From: Anolis carolinensis | Lineage: Eukaryota | Reading direction: 5' to 3' | Assembly: GCF_035594765.1 (NCBI RefSeq) | Contig: NC_085841.1 | Span: 155,605,574-155,669,573, forward strand | DNA: 64,000 bases | Shown here: piece by piece, positions 49,779 through 59,433 of the stretch | Position numbering within the stretch: position 1 is the first letter of the stretch | Layout: the number at the start of each line of letters is the position of its first letter | Notes under the pieces: generated by a model | The model's database searches: none | What the model was told of the DNA's origin: nothing | What the model saw: only the letters and a program-made list of their open reading frames with translations | Program-made: the position numbers and the translations under genes

Positions 49779-51819
49779 TGAATATTATGGTCCAGGGGAT
49801 GCAGGGAGGGATTTTCCAGCAGTTGTAAACTACTACTTCTTTTAAACAAGATATATTAATGATGTGTTATATTTGAGATCGAATTACATCTCCTCCCTGG
49901 ATATATAATGGCACTGACCACCCCCTCTCATTCTCCATGTTTCCAGCCACAGTAGAGGTCCTACCAGTTGGCCATTAAATGCAGTGATGTTGGATGGGAC
50001 AATGGGGCGATCCGGAAAAGAATGGAAAGAGGAGCGGTGATACTTTTTCTCCTCACCCCTCCCTTAATTTATTGCTTACTGGTTTGCACACAAAGGTCCT
50101 AATTTTTCTATCAGGGGAGTTATTAGGGATCAAAACAATTGTGTTTTTCAGGCCTATACAACATATGGCCCACAGGCCAGATGTGGCCTGCAAAGAACTT
50201 TCCTGCAGCCCACAGCGGGGTGGAGCTTCCCCTTTGCTGCTCGGCCCTTCACATGCCGCCTTTCTGGTGAGGCAGGCATGAAAACGATGGAGGAGTGGTC
50301 CACATTTTTTTTTAAAAAAAAATTGTCCTTTACAAGGATCAGGTTGTGTAGGTCTGCATTAGAAGAAAGACTTACTTCTGCAAGAGAAGGAAAACCATTA
50401 TTAAGTTCCACTGACGAATCAGTGAGGTTGTTTTTATAACCCACTCATATAACTGTTCACTGGAACAAATGGGAGGACAAAATTATATACATCACAACAT
50501 GCTTCACTGTTTATCATTTCCATGTACACAACGTGCAGCATAATAAATAATTTTCAAAAATCCTGAAACCATAATTATAGACTACAATACTATGAAGAAA
50601 TATTAGCAAGCAGTGTATCTGATAATGCATCTTTATTATATCGTATGCCTGACAAAATATTATTTTTATGTTTACATCATATACTACAAATCTATCCCTG
50701 GACAACTGCATCCGTGTATTATTAGTTTTGATAAGGGTTAGCTTTCCCAGATCTTTAAAGGTCAATTACAGTTTAACGGGACAAATGTAAAACACAAAAT
50801 AAGTCAAGGAATTCTGTGCACTGTTCCATTCAGTAGTCAGGTATCCTGAATCCAACTGAGACATGTTATTTTCATTTTCACAATAACTCCAAAACTCTGA
50901 GAAACTGGAATTGTTAGGCTTCACACTCTTAAGTTAACAGACACATTCTTTACACAATTTGGATGTCCTTTCAGATTCACTTCCTTGGAACTGTGCAGTT
51001 GTTAGTAGCAGGGCAGTGAATCTGAGGCCCCTTCCACACAGCTGTGTAAAATCCACATTGAAATGGATATGGCAGTGTAGACTCAGATAATCCCATTCAA
51101 AGCAGATATTGTGGATTATCTGCCTTGATATTCTGAGTTATATGGCTGTGTGGAAGGGCCCTTTGTTTCAGATTTTTCTGCACACTACAATAAGACACAC
51201 TGAGGTTATTGTGTAACTGAAGTAAATATTTTATATTAGAAGTGTTCAGTAGGCAGGCACTCTAGCATTTCCTACCACCACTGTTGTGGCTTTCTGAAAA
51301 AGCAGAACTGGAATATTTTCCAGCACTCTATGGCCCCTTCCACACAGCTGAATAAAATTCCACATTATCTGCCCTGAACTGGGATATATGGCACTGTGGA
51401 CTCAGACAACCCAGTTCAAAGTAGATAATGTGGGATTTCTGCCTTGATGTTCTGGGATATAGGGCTGTGTGGGAGGGTCCTATATAATGTTATTTTATTT
51501 AGCATATTTGGGTTAAATATTATATTCAAATTCCTTAAAAATATTATGTGGATATTGTTTTATTGAAGGATTTGCAATAATTTGACGAGTGTAGCCTAGA
51601 TTTCCCTTAACATGAGATAACTATAATTCAGAGATTGCTACTTTAGAATTACATGAGTAAAGATAGTAGTATTTGATGCATCTTATATCAACAATTTCAC
51701 TTTCTTTTGCTGAGACCTTATTAGACCTTTAGCTTTACTATCTGCTTTCGTCAGTTCTATTTCCGATAGAACAAACTGACTTTTTTTTCTGTGTCAGCTG
51801 AACTTATATTTTGAATGGC

Positions 51820-52013
51820 TGTTGTTTGCTGTGTGTGCCTTCAAGTTGTTTCTGATATATGGCAACCCTATCACAGGATTTTCTTGCCAATATTTTTTCA
51901 GAGGGGTTTTGCTGAGAGAGCATGACTTGCTCAAGGTAATCCAACTGACTTCCATGACCAAGCAGGGACTCAAACCCTTGTCTGCAGTCATAGGCCAATG
52001 TTCAAACCACTAT
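51820..52013 (-). mobile_element. Anolis SINE2-like element with its head interrupted by a hAT insertion
   Basis: Similar to 1855-2045; head tagtggtttgaacattgg...gggtttgagtccc on the minus strand. Confidence 0.65.
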
Positions 52014-52021
52014 GTTGTCGC

Positions 52022-52305
52022 CAGAGCCGGCCCTAGGTATTTTTCAAGTGTAGGCAAACAGAATTTTGTCCCCCCCCCCAACCAATCACTGAAAAATAAA
52101 AACGTTGGATAAGCGAAAATGTTGGATAATAAAGAGGGATTAAGGAAAAGCCTATTAAACATCAAATTACTTAAGATTTTACAAATTAAGCACCAAAACA
52201 TCATGTTTTACAAGAAATTAACAGAAAAAGCAGTCTCGACTGTGCCCCCGAATGTTTTGCGCCCGAAGCAACCGCTTAATTCACCTCATTGTTGGACCAG
52301 CTCTG
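52022..52305. mobile_element. Non-autonomous hAT element containing a Mariner-MITE internal fragment
   Basis: Ends cagagccggccc and ggaccagctctg; TSD gttgtcgc at 52014-52021 and 52306-52313; 52101-52230 matches 28393-28525. Confidence 0.85.
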
Positions 52306-53419
52306 GTTGTCGCTCTCACTGCAGAATGTTCCAGAGGTATTTTTTCTGATGAATTGCCCTACCCTGTGTCCTTTTAAAAATATTTGTTTATTTATTTTGC
52401 ATCTCGCCTTTCTCTTTGTACAAGATCCACGGTGGCTTGTACAAGATTCAGATGAGTTGGTTGCAGAAACCTGAACATTTATTTGTCCTTTTTCCCCTCT
52501 GTTGTGGAGCTTCCAAGGGTGCATCTTGAAAAGGAAGTTAACTCGATATTGATCCAACAAAATGGAGGCAGACAAAATGGAGGCGCCTGAAATGATGCTA
52601 TCCAAAGCAATCCCTCCTTTCTCTGGTCTTCCCCACGTATTGGATATTTTTGCTCCAGGCACCGAGGAGTGTCTGCTTCTATTTTGGTGCCTGGTGGGCA
52701 TAGTTACAGTAAGTTAGAGGGGGGCTCAACACCTTCATGCCTCTATTAGGTAAGCAGTGGCAGCAGCAGCAAAGCCCCCTGGACCCCATTGTAGTCCCCA
52801 AGGGCAGAGGGAATGGGGTGAGGGAGGGCCACTCCAATGTGCCTTGGGAGAGTGAGGTCAGTGCTTCATTCTGGCACCGATGTGTGGAGCGTGGGGCACA
52901 TCTCCACCGTGGAATGAATGCCATTTGACCCCGCTTGAACTGCTGTGAATTATCCTGGGAATTATAACTTTGCAAGATCTTGAGCCAAGAGTGGTGGTGC
53001 CTCACTAAACTACACATTCCAGGCTTTCACAACGCCGGCAGTGAAGGCGGTGTCATACTGCTCTCATTCCACGGTGGAGATGACCTTCAGAAAGGCAAGC
53101 GATCAGGAACTTGAGGTTTGCCCATGGACCAGGAGGTGAAGGCAAGGAGGCAAGTTTACTTCAGAGGAGGCGCTTGCTTGGCTGCAGGCAGGCGCACATG
53201 CTTTCAGGGACTACACGCCATATGCACTTTCCAAGGCAAGAAGGCTGCTCATGAAAAGCAGGCGAGGAGCCGGGATCGACTCCCGCTTGCTTTCGTGTCG
53301 AGCTGATTTTTGTACCCAGAGGAGGCTTCCCGTTACGTGCTCCCGAAGGCAAAAAGTAAAGAAAGAATGGATGTAATGAAGGAAAACGGGATCTCCACAC
53401 AACTCCAAGGCCTGACAGT

Positions 53420-54379
53420 GGGTGTCCGAAACCATGTCTATAAGGAATTCATATTCTGCTGCAGTGAGAGCTGCTGGCTTTGATGTCACTGAAAATGGAT
53501 GTAAAATCCACTCATAATTCTTTTGAATTGAATCTTGAGTGTCTCTTGGAAAATATGAATTCAGATTTTAATGCAAATGGTAAAGGTGTTCTTTTGTTAT
53601 TGCTAGCAACGATTCATTCATTGTTGTTATTTTCTTCTAAAATGAGAGACATGTCATGACTAACCAAGTATAATGCTTTCAGTTCTTTCTAATTATTTGT
53701 CTTTGCATGAGATACTGATTTTGTCTGAACTGAAAGGATTTGTCATTTTGTCTTTGGAAATAGTCTATAGTTTTATTTGTGAAGTCAGGATGAATTTTGG
53801 AATTGGGCAAAACTTTGTTACATATCACACACTCTGGACATGTATCAGCAAACTCCATGAATCTCATGTCCAAATATGAATTGCAATTTTTATTTTTTAC
53901 TTCTTTTCAGTACCTCTTCACTAGGCATCATAGACTCTGAAGCAACATCATGCGCAGCATTTTCTGAACTCAAGCCAAAGGAATTCACACTATCTTCTTT
54001 GAAAGTAAGCTTACAGCAGCGGTTGATAGCCGACAACTTTCAGGTCTTACAGAGCCCCTCTTAAGCTACAATTTCATTTTAATGAAAGTNNNNNNNNNNN
54101 NNNNNNNNNNNNNNNNNNNNNNNNNNNNNNNNNNNNNNNNNNNNNNNNNNNNNNNNNNNNNNNNNNNNNNNNNNNNNNNNNNNNNNNNNNNNNNNNNNNN
54201 NNNNNNNNNNNNNNNNNNNNNNNNNNNNNNNNNATCTGTGTGCTTGCTGGAGGATGAGGAGGAAGAGGAGGAGGAAAGAGGAGCAGAAGGAAAGCAACAC
54301 AGCGGTGCCTAACGTGGAGCCTCTCACAATCACTTGCAGAGCCCCAAGGGCTCCACAGAGCACACTTTGGGAACCCCTG
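53420..54379 (-). mobile_element. hAT (Charlie-like) transposase remnant, internally deleted, spanning the gap
   Basis: 5' end CAGGGGTTCCCAAAGTGTG at 54379; PECVICNKVLPNS (BED-finger-like) and LTAAEYEFLIDMVSD (C-terminal region-like). Confidence 0.65.
54090..54233. other. Assembly gap (144 N)
   Basis: Run of n. Confidence 1.
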
Positions 54380-54665
54380 ATCTAGTGGCTTCAGGGAAAG
54401 TGGATCAAGGTCCATTACTCTGGATCAGCTCCATGTATCATATAATGACTGCATAGTGGATCTGTCTAATGATTGCATAGCAGATCCAAGTCACAAGACT
54501 GAGGTTTTGAGTAATTTTTAACATTTTCTATGTGAACACATGGTTTTGAGTAAAGTTGTGGATTATTTATTCACTAGCAACTAATCTGTTGCTGGTGAAT
54601 ACAACTGTCACTATATTTAGGGTCTCTATATCATATTTTTAACAAATATATCATTGGATTTAGAG

Positions 54666-54966
54666 CAGAGCTTTCCAGACATTTCATATTGGTAACACAC
54701 TTTTCAGATATGCATCCTTTCGTGACACAGAATTCAGTTTTACTAGCAAACCAAAGGTTAAATAACCCCTTATAAGAGATATCGACACATAAATAAATAG
54801 TAGTAACAAAATCTATTGGGATACAACATATCTCACAAAAAACTTTCATTTATAGTTGTAAAAATATATTATTTGTAAACTAATAGCATATTTCCAAGAT
54901 TTTTGTCATTTCTCGTTATATTTGTGTACTGCTAATGTGTCACAACACACTGTTTGGAAAGCTGTG
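54666..54966. mobile_element. Non-autonomous hAT element about 150 bp upstream of the gene C TATA
   Basis: Ends cagagctttcca and tggaaagctgtg; same family as 56798-57086. Confidence 0.7.
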
Positions 54967-55101
54967 ATAGAAGACTGGAACTGAACTGAACTGGCAGTTT
55001 TATCATTACACCTTTTTAAGGTGTAAGTTATATTTTTATAATATATGTGTGTGTGTGATGTTGATGCAGGGTTTTTAGGAAATGAATAATAGTAATTTAC
55101 A

Positions 55102-55219
55102 AAGCAGGAAGTAAGTCTGTTACATATATACACCTCTCCACTGCATTTTTGACCAAACTCTTCCTGGTGACCAGAAAGGACAGAAAATAATATCCTTAGA
55201 ACGGTTAAGACTTGGAAAG
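55102..55219 (+). promoter_or_regulatory. Putative CRISP-C core promoter and non-coding exon 1 (CAGGAAGT 55105-55112; TATA 55123-55130; donor after 55219 or 55203)
   Basis: AAGCAGGAAGTAAGTCTGTTACATATATACACCTCTCCACTGCA...GAAAG|gtaaaa; homologous to the gene B upstream block. Confidence 0.7.
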
Positions 55220-55902
55220 GTAAAATCCTTTATTATGGGAAAAACTGCTTCCTGAAGCAATACTTTCACATTGATATTTTCGTATATATTTCACGTGAAG
55301 TTTCCTTTGATTAGTAAAGGGAAAATAAAAAGTGTGGCCAATGGCACTTATAATAAGGATTGCTTCTCAAGAGAGTTGATTACACAATAGAACAAAAGCA
55401 GTTTTGATTTATTTCCTTTATAGTAAATATTTACAACTTTATATATAAAGTATCATTGTAATCAATGTGTTTAGTATTAGCGTGTTAAAGGGTTATTGTG
55501 TCCAGCATATTAAAAGAACTGTCCTACTTGATTAAGGCTATGTTGTGTATATATTTTTTGCTTTTGAGTGGAAGGTTTTTCTTTCACAATTATTCAGAAT
55601 AAAAAGTTTGGTCCAAGTTAAGCAGTCTTTAACACTTTTCTCACTCCTGCTGCCCTGATCAAGATAGGGCTTCCCCGTCCCCTGTATGCATGAGCTTTCA
55701 TTTTTTTTCCAAATTCAAATGCAGTATTTCTGAAGCAAAGACCAACCTAAACCACACTGAGGGTGTCATAAACATATTTGCTGGGGAAATAAATCCTTTG
55801 TTCTAAGAAACATGCTTATCAAACATGCACTGTACTTCCAAACCCAAGTTAAGCAATAAGCTATTCTAATCAGATCTGTTGATTCTTTTTGTTTTCCCAG
55901 AA

Positions 55903-55962
55903 ATGCTTTTTCAGATCAAGCTCTTGGTCTTAGCTGTTGTGTTTCAGCAATATCTGGAACAG
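55903..55962 (+). CDS. CRISP: CRISP-C first coding exon (signal peptide)
   Basis: ttttcccag|AA ATG CTT...GAA CAG|gtatgt. Confidence 0.88.
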
Positions 55963-58900
55963 GTATGTGTTGCACAAAGGCTGTACTGAACTACCAATGA
56001 TTGGTTCTGTTTAAGATTTAACAACTGTTAAATATTAAAATCTGCTTTTTTGGTTGTGCTTATAATTTGAGGATGAGATTAAATTCTTCAGATGAGAAGA
56101 GAATTGGAGCAGCTGCCAATATGTTTTAAAAATATTTTGAGTCCCCTTCGGGGTGAGAAGGGTGGAATATAAATGATGTAAATAAAATAAATAATAATAC
56201 ATCACTTCTCTGAGGAAACTCAAATAATAGCTGCCTTTAAAAATGGCAGTTTCTTTTGTCACTCATGCGGAGCCACATTACAGTTAATAGATTCACACGT
56301 TACTTGAGGTGTGGGGGCAAACTGCCACCAGTGGACCACATGCAGAATCTGGACCACACTTTTATAACTCCCAAAGTCCACTCAAAGCCTCCCACCATCC
56401 CAATTTGGTAAGAAAGAAAAACTGGCGAGAGTATTGAACAATTTTTGCTTTCAACCCATACAGAAACTCCTCCAAAGGTTTACTCCACACATCCACTTCA
56501 AGCTTCATGTTATCCCGATACCTCTGCTTTTATCTGCATTCCCTTTCAAAAGCGGCAATATCATTGTGGGAGAGACTGCAGAGTTGGCAAAATTGCCCTC
56601 TGGCCCCATGCAGTTGTCCACCACTGCGTTAATACACAGAATACATTGAGTAACCTTCCTTCGGCAACACTTTGAATTCTAGAGTGAAATGTTCACTTTT
56701 GCAGCCATATTGATTTATTATACACATGCAACAGGGCTGAAAATTAGTTGTATGAATTACCATTGAGAGGCCTCAATAATGTATTGATGCTATAACACAG
56801 ATCTTTCCAAGCATTTAATGTTAGTGACATATCATTTTTAGGCATCCATCATTTTGCGACAGTTATTCAGTTTTACAAGCAATATGGAAGTCAAACCAAC
56901 CCCGTATAAAAGAGAAGGAAACATACATAAATTGTAATAGCAACATATCTCATGGAAACATTTCATTAATATTTTTAAAATATATAATTTATTGCTTGTT
57001 TCACATAGATTCATGAGGTTTGTGTGACACACCTACACACTGCAGCTGGCACACTAATGCGTCACAGCACAGTTTGGAAAGATCTGCTGTAACATATTGT
57101 ATTATATTCATAATAATGAACTTTCTGCAGAGCTAGAGATTCTTCATAGCTCAAACGTCATGCTGAATTTAAGCAGCATTCTGTGGTGTCCAGAGGATAA
57201 TTATATCAAAAGCAATAGGATATTGCTATCAACAAGATCACGTTAAATCAGGAATACTTAAAATCAAATACATATCTGACATACTTAAAATATTATTGCA
57301 GGGTAAGTCGGTTTTCGTGGCTAACATCTCTAAGAAGAGACAGAAGGATATAATTGACGCACACAATGCTGTGAGGGCAGGGGTAAACCCAACTGCCAGG
57401 AACATGATGAAAATGGTAAGATACAATTCTCCCATGTTGTTAGATATTGTTGAAAAGTTTCACTGTGGCTTTTAAAAACACAGCTTGTCCCCTCCATATG
57501 TACAAAATAAGAAGGGAGTCTACCTGAGGGATCTAACCAAAATGTAATGTTCATGAGGGGACCATATGACGGAATGAAAAATCAAAATGTGTAGCCCACG
57601 TTTGGTCAGCCCACACGCTGCCTTGCCAAAGAAGGAAAATATGTGCCACTTAGGTCAACAATAAAGAACAAGTAATTTATTCTTCTTAAATCCAGAACAA
57701 CATATGTACAATGTGATCTGTTGCACCAACTCAGATAATGTCATTTCATGAGAGATTCAAAATAGTGTTTCCTTTGTCCACGTGGATAAATTCCTTCAGC
57801 AGTTCATGAAGCGAGAGCACACTTCAAAATCTGTGTCTTTCTCTGCTTCTCTCTTCAAAACTCTCTTTTTGCGCCTGCATAGCTCAAGCCTAAATAAAAA
57901 TGCAACAGTATCAAAAAGTCTCAGACTTAGCCAGCTCTCCAGACATGACTCAACCAATGAGCTTCATGCATCTTATTTTGCAGTTGACGCACACACATTA
58001 ACTGATTTCTTACATGTCGTAATAGACCAGTGTGTTTAAAAGGTTTTGGTTGGAAGGTTCTAAAGTTCTGCAGCTAAGGCAGTGGTTCTCAACCTGTGGG
58101 TCCCCAGGTGTTTTGGCCAACAACTCCCAGAAATCCCAGCTAGTTTACCAGCTGTTAGAATTTCTGGAATTGAGGGCCAAAACATCTGGGGACCCACAGG
58201 TTGAGAGCCACTGAGCTAAGGTCTGCATTTTATCAGCCATCACCTTCCTCCCTGCAGTCCCTGTTGATTGCCCACGGAATTGTTCACCGCCAATTATTTT
58301 ATTTTATTATTTATTTATTTATTTATACCCCACCTTTCTCCGTGAAGGGACTCAAAGCAGCTAACAACCACACACTTCGGTCAATTTAAAACAAAGCAAA
58401 CACAAATTTTTAAAAAGCAATTCCACAGTTTATTACATACTTTATTTATACCCCACCTTTCTCCGTGAAGGGACTCAAGGCAGCTAACAACCACACACTT
58501 CGGTCAATTTAAAACAAAGCAAATACACTTTTTTAAAAGCAATTACACAGTTTAAAAGACAGATAAAATACAATAAATACAATGAAAATGCATTTATATC
58601 TCCCAATCCCCCTGCACCAGAATCCATCCCACAACCGCCCCAGCAGTGTGCTCCTTATCTGTCCTCGAATGTCTGCTGAAAGAGAAAGGTGTTGACCTGC
58701 TTGCGGAAGGCCAGCAGAGATGGGGCCATCCTGGTCTCTCTTGGGAGGGAGTTCCACAGCCTGGGAGCAGCCACCGAAAAGGCCCTGCCACCAAGCGCAC
58801 TTGAGAGAGTGGAGGGACAGAGAGAAGAAGGTCCTCCCCTGTTGACTCTACTAGGTTCATAGAAAGAGATACAGTCCTTCGGATATTCTGGACCGGAGCT

Positions 58901-59392
58901 CTAAATGGCTCTGTAGACCAAAACCAACACTTTGAATTGGGCCCAGAAACATGTTGATAATCTATGGAGCAGTTCTACGCTCCCTGTAGCCAGTCCCAGT
59001 TATCAGTCTTTCCTCATTATTTCCCCATCGTCCTCTTTTTCCAATCTACTCAGTGATGTTTTCACCTTTATCTATTAATTATTGGAATACTGTTTAGTCC
59101 ACCAGTTATTTTCTAGCTGTTATGCCAGTAATGTTCAAACCTGAGAAATGAGCAGGAGGGGCCCCAAATATGTGGGCTGCCTTTGGAGAGAGTGCATTAA
59201 TGTTTCTCAGCCCAGCTTGTTACAATATGGAAGAAATCAGTTAATGTGTGTGTGTGTGTCAACTGCAAAATAAGATGCATGAAGCTGATTGGTTGAGCCA
59301 TGTCTGGAGAGCTGTTCAGTCTGGGAGTTTTTGATACTGTTGCAATTTGTTCAGTTGGAAGAGTGAAGGAGAGAGGGGGGAGGGAGGAGGAG

Positions 59393-59433
<41 letters not shown>

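Noticed and set aside
46300-53000. A fourth CRISP gene or pseudo-exons between B and C
   Set aside because: No CRISP-like translation found by eye; a TBLASTN with protein B would be needed to exclude very degraded remnants
53420-54379. Domesticated ZBED/GTF2IRD2-like gene
   Set aside because: Frameshifts, a large internal deletion and a retained TIR indicate a dead transposon
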